From: the human T2T-CHM13v2.0 reference genome, Homo sapiens
NCBI RefSeq assembly: GCF_009914755.1
Contig: NC_060931.1
Reading direction: 5' to 3' (one strand)
DNA length: 64,000 bases
Each line of letters opens with the position of its first letter. The stretch's first letter is position 1. Position numbers and translations under genes: made by a program. The notes below the pieces were generated by a model. The model saw only the letters and a list, made by a program, of their open reading frames with translations. It had not been told where the DNA came from and did not search any database. Positions 29,328 through 64,000 of this stretch are shown one piece after another.

Positions 29328-32298
29328 TGAGACCCAACCATCTGGGCCAAACAAGCAAATTCAATCAACAAATTAAGCCCCATGATCCTCTCTGGAGAGG
29401 GCAAGGCAGCCTGTGTGCGCTGAACGGCAGGGCTCTGCAGGAACAGGGAGGGGCTGGCGCTCACCGCACCAGCTGTGCGCCAGGCTCTGGGCTAAGAGTG
29501 TCCTCTGCTCAGAACCTCACAGTGACTACAGGAGGGGAGACATCCCAGACAGATGGGAAGCCCAGGCTCAGAGAGGTAGAGGAGCTCACCCAAGTCACAC
29601 AGTGAGGCCAGGCAGATTCTGGTTCCTCCCCAGGCCCCGGTCCCTCCCCAGCCCGCGGTCCCGTCAGCCCTGCCCGGTTAAGCTGCCCCACTGGACGCCC
29701 CCACTCTCATTCCAGGTCCCTCTTCCTGAAGACCAGAGAGGTGCGCCCCAGGCCAGGCTTCTGGGACTGGGGCCCCAAGCCATAGGTGGCCTCCTGGAGC
29801 TTCATCCCCCAGGACACCCCAGGCCGGAGAGGTGCGGTAAAGTCTTTCTGGGACTGCGGGCAGCAGCTGGAGGCAGGCCCAGGACAGGAGGAGCCTCCTG
29901 GCCCAGTTCCAGGAGCTGTCGGCTGGAAGGAGCACTTCATTACCAGCTGGGCTGCTGTGAAGGAGGTTACGGGGAAGGGAGGCCCAAGGGACTCGAGGTC
30001 AGCCTGGAGTCCCCTTTCCAGCCGGCTCCAAACCCCTCCATGCAGCTGGGCGCCCCAGGCCCTGCCCGAGCCCATGAGGTGCCTCCCCACCCAACCCCCA
30101 CTGGAAGCACCAGCCATACCCAATCATGCCCATGCATCTGTAAGGTGTAAGGACTAGTGTTGCCTCCTCCAGGAAGCCTTCCCTGACTGCTGCATGGTAG
30201 GAGTGACTCTGAGCACCCTGAGCACACATCATCTCATGGAATCCTCCCTGTGACCTCTGTGGGAGGCTCAAGGGAATGAGGCCCAGAGAAGTGAAGGCAG
30301 CTGCCCAAGGCCACCCAGTGTGGAAGCTTGAATCAGCTCCTCTCTGGGCCTCGTGACAGGGCTGGGTACCGAGGAGGACCTGATAAGTGTTGTTGAAAGA
30401 ATTCTGTCAAAAGGGCTGGGTGAAGGGACTACTGTTGGGGACGGAGGGGCAGGGATGCTGCCCAGGGTGCAGCCGCCACCCTGTTGACCCCAGATGAAGG
30501 CAGGAAGGATGGCTAGATTCCCACAGATTCATCCAGTCCCTGAGCACCTACATAATAGCTCCTGTTTTACGCCTTTGGCATTAACGTGCCCATTTCACAG
30601 ATGAGAAAACTGATGCCAGAGGGCCTGAGGCCAGTGCAAGATTCCCAGCCGGGCTCCAAGGGAGCACAGAGCCAAGACCTGAACCAGGTCTGCCTGGGCC
30701 CCGAGCCACTGTCCTTCCCACGACCCCAGGTCAGCCAAGGATCCTGGCCTTACCTGGGCCTTACCTAGTTCTTACCTGGGACTTTCCTGTGCTCCTTCTA
30801 AGGCCTCTCCCCATGGCATCAGCGTCTGCCCGGCATACACACTACTCGGAGGAGCCTTTGTACTCTCTATTTACAAGAGGAGGCTGTGAGCAAATTAGCA
30901 GGGTAACCAGGGAAAATGTTTGGCGTCCGTGGGTGAGAGTTGGAGCCATCTGTTGCCAAGTGCTGAGAAAACACCGGAGCACTCCCTGGAGCCGTGGTGC
31001 CCGGCAGAGCTCCAGGAAGTGGGACCAGGCACCTGCAGGCTGTGTGTCCTGGGGCAGGGTGCTCACCCTCTCTGGGCCTCAGTGTCTGGATCCGTAAAAC
31101 CTGCGGGTCTGTCCAGCCTCGTGATTCCAGGATGCTCCCTGTCTCCTTTCCCCTCCTGCCCCTCTGCTCCTGGGCTCCGTACATCCTTTCTGTGCCCCCA
31201 CCCTGAGACCAAGCCCTTCCTGGGAAGGAAGGCTGGCGGCCTCCACCGTGACGACAGCGCCCGCCTGCCCAGCACCGGCATTGGGGGTTTATTTACCATT
31301 GGACGCATTTGTTCCCAAGCTGAAAATAGCTTTATTGTTGCCTCTAAAGACAAAGATAATATTTCACCAATCCAGAAATGTATGCTGTAGAAAAGTAAAC
31401 CGAGAGAGAGCGCCTCCCCGCCTATGCCAGGCACCTGTCCCTGAGAGCAGCGGCCCAGGCCCTGCCAAGCAGCTGGTCACACAGTGGGCCATACACAGGG
31501 TGGGATCCTTGACTGGGGTATTTCAGAGACAGAGAGATAAAAAGGGGCAGCGGGGGCTGGGTGTGTTGGCTCGTGCCCGTAATCCCGGCACTTTGGGAGG
31601 CCGAGGTAGGCGGATCACCTGAGGTCAGGAGTTCGAGACCAGCCTGACCAACATGGTGAAACCCCATCTCTACTAAAAATACAAAAATTAGTCGGGCGTG
31701 GTGGCAGGTGCCTGTAATCCAAGCTACTCAGGAGGCTGAGGCAGGAGAATCCCTTGAACCTGGGAGGCGGAGGTTGGGGTAAGCTGAGATCACGCCATTG
31801 TACTCCAGCCTCGGTGACAAAGCACGACTCTGTCTCAAATAAACAAAAAAAGAGGTAGATGGGGGGGAGGGAGAGAGAGTGAGGGAGAGACAGGAAAAGA
31901 GAGTGGGGGTGTGAGAGAGAGGGAGAGACAGAGGGAGACAGGAGCGAAAGGGAGAGAGAAGTGGAGGGGCAGAAAGAGAGGGAGACAGGGAAAAAGAGAT
32001 TACTCCTCCCCACCTGGGACTCTTCAGCTCCTCATCAGTGTCCCTGGAGGCTGGGCCTCAGGGGTGGCTCCTTGGGGACAGGTGTCCTTTCCCCCACCTT
32101 GCCCTTCTTCCCTAGTCAGGACAGAAGAAGAGTTTCTAGTCTGAGTCTTACCGCCTCCTAACCGTGTGACCTAAGACAAGCGCCTTCGTCTTGCCGAGCC
32201 TCAGTGGCCTCAGCTGTAACGTGGGGTAACCATGGCACAGGATAACTGTGAGTTACATGGGCCACGTGTGGCAGTCCCTGAGCCTAGGCTGGCACTGA

Positions 32299-32725
<427 letters not shown>

Positions 32726-32848
32726 TAGCTGGGACTACGGCTGCGCACCACCACGCCTGGCTAATTTTTGAATTTTTAGTACAGGTGGGGTTTCGCCATG
32801 CTGGCCAGGATGGTCTCGATCTCTTGACCTCGTGATCTGCCCACCTCA

Positions 32849-32944
<96 letters not shown>

Positions 32945-33159
32945 TCAAAATTCATCACTGTCTAATTATGTGACTAGGGTCTGCATTCTCCGGGTTATTT
33001 CCATCCCTGGTACCCTGTAGGATGGAAATGCCAAATGACAGTGTGCTATGCGGCTGCGTTCTCTCCCCAAATCCAAGTCCAGTGATGTCATCTTGGCACC
33101 TTGAAATCCACCACGGACGGACCAGTGCCATGGTTTGCACCTCTAATCCCAGAGCCTCA

Positions 33160-33399
<240 letters not shown>

Positions 33400-34524
33400 T
33401 CAAATTAAAAAAAAAAGAAACAGAAAAAGAAAAAAAGAAAGATATGAAACAGGAGCTGGGTGCCTGCCTCTAGTCCCAGCTACTCAGGTGAAGGCCGAGT
33501 TGGGAAGATTGCTTGAGCCTAGGAGTTTGAATCCAGCCTGGGCAACATAGCAAGACCCTGTCTCTAAAAAAAAATTAAAAAAAGAAAAGTATGAGACAGA
33601 ATGTATTTGCCTAGCAGTTTTTCCGCTTGATTTATAACTCTTAGGTATGATGTGTGAGCCTTTCATAATTTGGCCCTCATCCCAGGCCTTGTATATTTAG
33701 GGGTAGGTATGACCTCATGTTCCAGCCTCCATATCTTCTTTTTAGAGACAAGCTCTTGCTCTGTGGCCCTGGCTGGACTGCAGTGGCACAATCATAGCTC
33801 GCTGCAGCCTCAAATTCGTGGGTTCAAGTGATTCTCCTGCCTCAGCCTCCCTGAGTAGCTGGGACTACAGGAACATGCCACCATGCCTGTAGTTCCAGCT
33901 ACACAATTTAAAAATTTTTTTGTAGAGACAGGGTCTTACTATGTTGCCCAGCCCTGTCTCAAACTCCTGAGCTCAAGTGATCCTCCTGCCTCAGCCTTCC
34001 AAAGTGCTGGGATTACAGGCAGGAGACACTGCACCCAGCCTCAGACTATGTATCTTTGTTCCTGCTGTTTTGTCTTCTAAAAAACACCAGTCCCCTTGGA
34101 AGCCTTCCTGGGCTGTCTGAACATGGCTGTGGTTATTATAATTATGGGCTGTGAGCCTGATGAGGTGGGGATGCGTCCCAAGGTCGAGGCTCCTTGAGGG
34201 GGCTTGTCCCAGCCCGCTAAGAGCACGGGTTGGTGAGAGGCGGCTGGTTTGTCCCTGAAGGAGCTTATCTTGGCTGAATTCTCCTAATCCTCTTGCAGGA
34301 TTAAGGAAACTCAATGCACGTCCCGTTGATAATGCCCTTTAAGGATTTAATAAGCTTTGGGCTTTCCAAGAGAAAGTCTTGGAAGAGGAATTTGAAAAAC
34401 TTGCCTCAGCTCCAGACTTTGCTTCTCACTCACTGGGTGACCTTGATCTGTGGCTCCGTTTCTCTACCTGCAAAGAAAAGGGGTGAGTGGTGGCCTGTGG
34501 TCCCTGCGCTATTGTGTGTCTTAG

Positions 34525-34641
<117 letters not shown>

Positions 34642-34689
34642 TGACCTTGTGATCTGCCGCTTCAGCCTCCCAAAGTGGCTATAGTGTGT

Positions 34690-35130
34690 ATTGGTTTGGG
34701 AAGCTTCCACCCCACCCGCCCTGGGGGGAGGTAGGGCTGTGAGTCACCAAAGCATCACTGAGGCCAGTCATGGGACAGTATCCATTGGAACACAGAGGTT
34801 GGTCAGGGAAGGGCATATGGCTCGAACCTGGCCTGTCAGAGCCTTCCTTAGAACTTTTATGAGGTCTTCCAGGATGGGTTTATTTTATGGCACCTCAATT
34901 TGGGGAGATAAGATCAAGCTGCCATAGACACCTGTCCGCCATGTGCCCAGCACCTATGTGCAGAATGAAGTTCATGAAGACAAACAGAACAGCAGATGAA
35001 GCCAGAGCCCTGGCAGCGTTACTTGAGACCCTGGATCTAGCCTTACCTGACACCTACTCTGTGGGCCAGTAAATTCCCTTTTTAGCATAAAGCTGTATGA
35101 GTGGTGTTTCTGCCACTTGGAACTGAAGGA
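34690..35130 (+). mobile_element. Old MLT1 (K/L-like) LTR
   Basis: CCTGGATCTAGCCTTACCTGA...AGTAAATTCCCTTTTT...TTTCTGCCACTTGGAACTGAA. Confidence 0.55.
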
Positions 35131-35212
35131 GTGTGGATGTACCTGTTTCCAGGAAGAGGAATCGATGGATTTCATCAAATTCTCCTTGATTCCCCCAAAG
35201 ACTAAGAAGCCC

Positions 35213-35930
<718 letters not shown>

Positions 35931-36039
35931 AGCCCTGCGGGAGGTTTCTTCTCGCTCCTGGTGCTCAAATCTCTCAGCAGCCACTGGCCAGTATAACCCG
36001 GGAGGGGTCGTCACCAGACTGCAAATTTCATCCTCTGTT

Positions 36040-37525
<1,486 letters not shown>

Positions 37526-37757
37526 TGAGGTCTCAGAGAGGCGAGAGCCACCAAAAAACTTTATGATCAAATAAAAGGTGGTGGCCCCGGGATGACCACG
37601 TAGACCCTGGGGTGGAGCAGAAAGGGTACTGAGCTGCCAGGAGACGGGACACACTCAGGGTGTTTCTCGGGTGTGCAGAGTCACTCTTGGATACTCTACT
37701 TCATCATCAGTAACACGAAAGTTCACCTAAAACAGCACAACATCTCTCTGGTCCTAA

Positions 37758-38084
<327 letters not shown>

Positions 38085-38152
38085 TGAACATCAATTCTTG
38101 AGAGCAGCATATTTCATGTTTACAACATTAACTTTATTTTATTTCATTTTTA

Positions 38153-38579
<427 letters not shown>

Positions 38580-39172
38580 CTAACAGGCATGCACCCCCAC
38601 GCCTGGTTAACTTTTTGTTTTTGTAGAGATGGGGTCTCACTATGTTGCCCAAGCTAAATAACATAAAGAACGTAAGCATCCTCCGGCCTTGGCCTCCAAA
38701 AGTGCTGTGATTATAGCCATGAGCCACCCACGCCCGGGCAGAGGGAAGTTCTTAAAAAGGAAGCCTGGTGAGATGAAGCAATGCACACAATATAACGTTC
38801 CGTGGGAATGCAGAATGCGCGTCGCTTTATGAAATGTGTGTAAAAGTCAGGTTTTGTTGGGTGAAATAAATATGCATATGGGGGAGGTTGGGAAAGAACT
38901 CTGTCCTTAGCTAAAAGTTCAACTGTGAAGTCTTGGAGCACTTGCCTGTGGAGCTGAGGTGAGTGTGAGAGTCACATTTCACAGGACCCTCCCCACTCCC
39001 CCAAGATGTCAAAGGGACTACCTGGAAACTGCTCTGTGGCTCCCAACATCTTGTTCTAAGCGAAGTTTGTCGTTATCCCAGGGATGCCAAAACACTGAGA
39101 ATTCCTGCCTTCTGCAATACGTGGATTAACTCCCCATGAACTTAATGTTTCCTTTTTTTTTTTTTTTTTTGA

Positions 39173-39454
<282 letters not shown>

Positions 39455-40564
39455 TAATTTTTCCTTTTTAGCCAAAGGTTGTGAGTGGTCTGATGGCTTC
39501 TGATCCAGTCCCATCTCAGTTTTCTTGGGCTTGTAAGGACATTTAATAATTGATGGGGTGGCTCCCTTCTGAGCCATCAGGAGCGGAGGGCGCTTTGGAT
39601 TCTGGTGCTTTGACCTGCAGGAGGAAGAGAGTGTCTCTGGGACTTTATCGCCCGGCACCCTGCACTGTATGGCCTTGGGCAAGTCATGCCTCCTCTTGGG
39701 GCCTTGGCCATCAAGTCTATGAGATGGGCCATGTTGTCCAGGCTGTTCTCGAACTCCTGACTTCAAGTGATCCTCCCACTTCGCCCTTCCAAAGTGCTGG
39801 GATTACAGGCATCAGCCACCACCCACACAGCCACCCACTTTTATCTCCCAGGAGGGCCCAACCCTTCTCCCTTGGTTTCAATATGAAAAATCCCAGGGGA
39901 GAATCTGATTGGCCCAACTTGGGTCACATGGTTGCCCGGGGCCAGGAGGGTGGGGCAGCAGGACGGCAGCCATGTGGCTGGGGTTGGGGAGGTGGGGCTC
40001 TTCCTGACAAGGGGTGTCTGTCCAGAACAGAGAGCGTCCCAGCTTTTGAGTGATGGAGGGTTGCACTACAGCCTCTAGAGTCTTCTTCAGAGGGAGGAGA
40101 GAGTGGGAAGCTTGGGAGAAAAGGCTTCCAGGAGTTAAGTGGGAAACAGAGCTCCTCGTCTATTCTTGTCCCTTTGATCCTCAATGGTATTGTCAATTCC
40201 ATGACAACGGGAGACGCTTTTAAGTCACAAGTGATTTTTGCAAGCAACAAACTATATTTTTATCACTCCGAATCCTCCCAAATGACTACTTCCTCAAGGG
40301 CTGTGTTTGGGGCCTGCCAGAGTCTCCTCTAGGATCCACAGTGCCTCCAGGTGGGTGACACCCCACTGGTCTTGGGGCGCTCTTGGAATCTGCCGGGTGA
40401 TGTCATTTCTGCTGCCGGTCGCTGCGTCTGTCTGGCTCCTGCCTCCCGCCCCCTCTGCTCCTGTCTCCTCTGCCTCTTGAAGGACATTTGCAAGCAAATT
40501 GAGCTTTGTAGTGGAGAGCGTCAGCCTCAATTTCAGTTGAAACCATCATCTTCAGCTTGAGAGG

Positions 40565-40892
40565 CCACACAGTCACATGAACACACACAGACACAGTGAC
40601 ACACACACACACACAAACACCCCCAAAACACTGTCACACACAGAAATGCATATGTGCTCGGACACACACATAGACACACACAGACATACACATGCATGCA
40701 AGACACACACACACTGAAGCACACTCAGCCACAGACACACACAGACACATTCAGACACACAGAGGCGTGCACACAGATTCAGATAGGGATAGACAGATGA
40801 GCAAAGCAGGAGATAAAGGCACCGCACAGATGGACAGACCCAGACACACACATACAAAGACACACACTCAATCTCACGTAGATGCACACACT
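40565..40892. repeat. Degenerate (CA)n/(CAGA)n low-complexity tract
   Basis: CACACACAGACAC-type units over ~330 bp. Confidence 0.9.
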
Positions 40893-41645
40893 TGTCAGTC
40901 AGTGCTGGACTGGTCAGTATTTAACACACCCAGCGTTCTGACTTGTAGCAGTTGCTAATTTCCATGGTGTCAATATTCCCACCGGATTCCAGCTATCATT
41001 ATGAGGTCAGAGTTGGGGACAGGGCACACAGTCGTCTTTGGAGCTGGGAGGAGTCGGCTCTGACACCTGTGGCCACTGCCAGGCTCACACAGACACTCAC
41101 AACAATAGACACACACACGTGTGCTCTGCTGAAAACTGTCACTCCCCTGGTGTCCCAGCAGTCCTGGATTCAACCCCTGGCTATGCTGTGTGTCTTTGAT
41201 CACATTTCTCAACCTCTGTGAGCCTCCCATTTCTTGTAAAATGGCAAAAGCCCACCCAGGGCTGATGGAAGGATGGGTGGTCATTTGGGAGTGCCCCCAC
41301 ATGGAGCCTGGTACCCGGTGGTGGCTTGGCCTTGCACAGAAGAGAGAGTGCTCTGTGACCATCTGCTTGGTCCTAGGGTCTGGGCTCTGGGCTGGCACAG
41401 ACACCTGTTCAGCTGCCAGAGCCCCAGGGCCACAGCTGGTGTGTGCCCACCAGCCTGTCGGCAGCCCTTTGGCACTCTTCTGCTCTTGGGCAAGATGTGG
41501 GGTATGTCCCCTGGTCTAATTTAGGGCCCCCACCCTCTACGACTTGGTCCCTCACGCTTCCCAGATTTGTGTCTTGGGCTGGTCTCTCTGCCTGGAGGGT
41601 CCTGCCTCTGGCTCCTCACCCTTCTGACCATCAGAGTTCATGCTA

Positions 41646-52764
<11,119 letters not shown>

Positions 52765-53411
52765 TGAGCTCAGCCATGTGTTTATAGCTGGGGGATCTGT
52801 ATCCACCTGGTACATTTCTGTTGCTAAAACCCTCCACATTTTTTCTCACCCTCCCACATAACCTCTGACGGCAGCCTTTCCATTTACAGCGCAGAAATAA
52901 TGGTGCCTACCCCCCCTAGACGTGAGCTGGGACCGTAGGCTGGTGCGTCGCTTCTGAAAAGTGAATACCGAATGTATTCCAGGTCCAGCTGAAACGCAAA
53001 GTCAGGCCACCACTTAAGAAGATTGGAGGGCCGAGCGTGAATTTAAAATGACTACTAGGTAATCGCACCTTCTCTTAACTGGCCTGCTTCTTTGCTGGGT
53101 TTTATTTTAAGCGCTTCGGAGCATTTGTGTTGCTTTTGTGATCCTTCGTTCGTTCGTGGCTCTTTTGCAGCCAAACCCTCCCCTGGCTTATGCAAATATG
53201 AGTCCCCCAGAAGGCAGCCCCCACACCAACTGCGAGGGACAGAGATAGTAAATTCCAGAGTCAGGTTCTCGGTTTCGCCACCATCAGGAGAGATGAGGCC
53301 TGGAGTTCGGGGCTGGGGGCAGGGAACAAAGCCCCACCTAAAATATCCCCACTGCCCACAGAGCCCCCCTCCATCAGCTCTTCTGCAACAGAGGGTACAT
53401 GCCTTTGGACT

Positions 53412-55338
<1,927 letters not shown>

Positions 55339-55531
55339 CTACTAAAAATACAAAATTAGCTGGGCGTGGTGGTGCATGCCTGTAATCCCAACCATTCGGG
55401 AGGCTGAGGCAGGAGAATCACTTGAACCTGGAGGTGGAGGTTGCAGTGAGCCAGAATTGCGCCATTGCACTCCAGCCTGGGTGACAGAGCCTGACTCCAT
55501 CTCACAAAAAAAAAAAAAAAAAAAAGAAAAA

Positions 55532-55870
55532 GAAATAGGGTGAATGCAGATGTAATTAGTTAAGGGTCTTGAGATGAGGTTGTATTGGATTTAGGGTGGG
55601 CCTTAAACCCAATGACAGAGGAGAAGACAGAGACACAGAGAAGAGACAGAGCCTGGAGCGATGCAGCCTCAAAGCGAGGAACACCTGGAGCCACCAGAGG
55701 CTGGAAGGGGCAGGAAGGATCCCCACAGAGACCTTGGAGGGAGTGTGGGTGGCCCTGGCAGACACCTCAATCTCAGACTTCTGACCTCCAGAACAGTGAG
55801 AGAATCAAGTTCTGTGGTTGAAGCCACCCAGTCTGCAATACTTTGCCATGGCAGTCCTAGGACATTAACC
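55532..55870 (+). mobile_element. MLT1A/B/C-type MaLR LTR lacking its 5' end
   Basis: GCAGATGTAATTAGTTAAG...GCCACCAGAGGCTGGAAG...GACTTCTGACCTCCAGAACAGTGAGAGAAT. Confidence 0.75.
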
Positions 55871-56281
55871 CAGCTGGCATGTGGTGGCGTTGGGATTTGA
55901 ACTGTGAAGATTGATCATCTGAACTGGGTCATTCTTGTCATACTCAACTAAAACAGCGTCAAGAGGCCAGGGGGGAAAAACTGACACAGAACCATGCTCC
56001 AAAAATGTCATTCTCCGCAAGCCCCAAGGCTGGCACTGCTGCTGTAATTTGAGGCCAGTTTTCTGTACAGCTGCTGAGATAGCTCACTGCAACCCTAGGA
56101 CTAATTTTGCCCACCTCTATCACCTGTCAATCAGAGCTTCCCAGGTTCCCTTCCTGGGAACCTCACTAGCACCAAGGATCTTTCTCAAAGAGCAGTATGT
56201 GCTGGGTGTGGTGACTCACACCTGTAATCCCAGCACTTTGGGAGCCTTGAAGCAGGAGGATCACTTGAGGCCAGGAGTTCA

Positions 56282-56974
<693 letters not shown>

Positions 56975-56977
56975 TCA

Positions 56978-57282
<305 letters not shown>

Positions 57283-57291
57283 TCAGTGTGA

Positions 57292-57474
<183 letters not shown>

Positions 57475-58735
57475 TAAAAGTGTGCACCACCACGCCTTGC
57501 TAATTTTTGTATTTTTGGTAGAGACGGGGTTTCACCGTGTTGACCAGGCTGGTGTCGAACTCCCGACCTCAAGTGATCCGCCCACCTCGGCCTCCCAAAG
57601 TGCTGGGATTATAGGCGTGAGCCACCCCACCCCACCCAATTAAAACGTTTTAATTTCAGAGATTCGTCTCTGCATTTTTCTTTCTTTCTTTTTTTTTGAA
57701 ATGCAGTCTTCCTCTGTTGCCCAGGCTGGAATGCAGTGGCGTGATCTTGACTCAATGCAACCTCCACCTCCTGGGTTCAAGCGATTCTCCTGCCCCAGCC
57801 TCCTGAGTAGCTAGGGCTACAAGCATGCTCAAGTGATCCACCTGCCTTGGCCTCACAAAGTACCTGGCCCTGCATTTTTATCATGACTTCAAAGAACCCT
57901 GATTTACCAAATCAGAGTGGACACAGGTCTTGAGCTCCTTAATACTGGAAAGAAGCCCTAAGAATCGAGCCTCTTACCTCTGTGATGCTGCATGCAAAAT
58001 TCTCCCTGCTGTTCAAATAGCCCAGGCCCCTCACTGTGTCCCCGGGCCTGCCCTCGGCCTGCAGGCTAAGGCTCTGAGCCTGTGGCCTGGAAGGGGCTGC
58101 TCTGGGCAGGAGATGAGGAAGGAAAGCCCTGGCCGCTCCTTCTGGGCACACTTCCTCGACGGTGACAAGGCAGCCGCGTGGCCAGAGGGGCAGGGGCTTA
58201 GGCTGAGTGTGTTTTCTCCTTGCAGTTCAGGGCGAGGTCTGGATTTGCCACGGCTGTGGCCTGCAGGGCTTGTGGCCAGCAGGCTCCCAGGAGGCCCTGG
58301 TGGGTGGTACTTAAGTGAGTGATAAATGAGATGGACTGTCTGCATCGATCCACCCTGGGCCTCACAGAATGGGAACTGTCGGATAGATACTGTGGCTGCC
58401 CAGGAGACGGGGCCTTCTGGGAGCAGCTGTTATCGTGGCTGCAGCTGCCTCGGCCCCCACCACTCAGGCAGGCCTTGGCCATAGTCGTGGTGGGGAAGCA
58501 CCCAGGCCCTGTAGCTCAAGGGCTCCAGGCCGCCCACCCAGATCTGCGTGATCAGTTTCACAGCAGCCCCCACACCACCCTCCTGGGGAAAGGCGGGAAC
58601 GTAGCATCATCTGCTGACTCAGTGGATTCCAGGGGGACCCTGCTCCACCAGCTCCAGGATAATCCTCTCCAAGCGGGACCAAGGCCAGGAAGTGTGTTCG
58701 TTTACTTCTTACTCTCTCTTTTCAAAATGGCTTTA

Positions 58736-63752
<5,017 letters not shown>

Positions 63753-64000
63753 AACAGAGAGTGAGAAAACGGAGGCAGCCTACAGGCCCTTCTCATCGCG
63801 GGGGTGGTTAAAGTAAGTGCATTACGGTTTCTCCATACCTTGGCTCAATAGGCTGCTGTTAAAATGAAGCTCCTTTTATATGTATCAGTCATGTTAGGGG
63901 GGAAACGTTGCAAAGCAGGACTATTGGTAAATTCCCACTTTTTTTTTTTAAATACTGTGTCTGCATGGTTGTGTCTGCGTAGCCTTCATATTTACAGGGT

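Noticed and set aside
29413-30271. Overlapping 120-245 aa ORFs in GC-rich unique sequence
   Set aside because: No recognisable protein similarity; open frames on both strands are expected from the GC content.

Overview
Primate (human or great-ape-like) genomic DNA, extremely Alu-dense. The only recognisable gene content is a minus-strand, intron-containing, 3'-truncated copy of SLC29A4 (ENT4/PMAT, equilibrative nucleoside/monoamine transporter). It has a CpG-island promoter with a probable non-coding exon 1 (~22.2-22.35 kb) and four coding exons (17401-17233, 14462-14331, 14071-13958, 13504-13376). These splice into an uninterrupted 544-nt frame (181 codons) that differs from the human ENT4 protein as I recall it at about 9 positions. 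No later SLC29A4 exons were found. At ~13.05 kb the sequence switches at a tailless Alu to AT-rich L1/Tigger1/LTR14A DNA, consistent with a segmental-duplication boundary. The most striking unexplained structure is a ~230-bp, ~96%-identical inverted duplication bracketing the start-codon exon. It has a fold-back micro-hairpin at its junction and a young AluY (12-bp-deletion lineage) in one arm only. Other oddities are a duplicated hairpin upstream of the promoter, an ~800-bp polypyrimidine tract, three tandem strong splice donors, an Alu-unique-Alu cassette under one TSD, and a phase-compatible open frame at the window start. The rest (24-64 kb) is intergenic, made of repeats with a few unique islands. 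All comparisons to reference proteins and repeat consensuses are from memory, not database searches.
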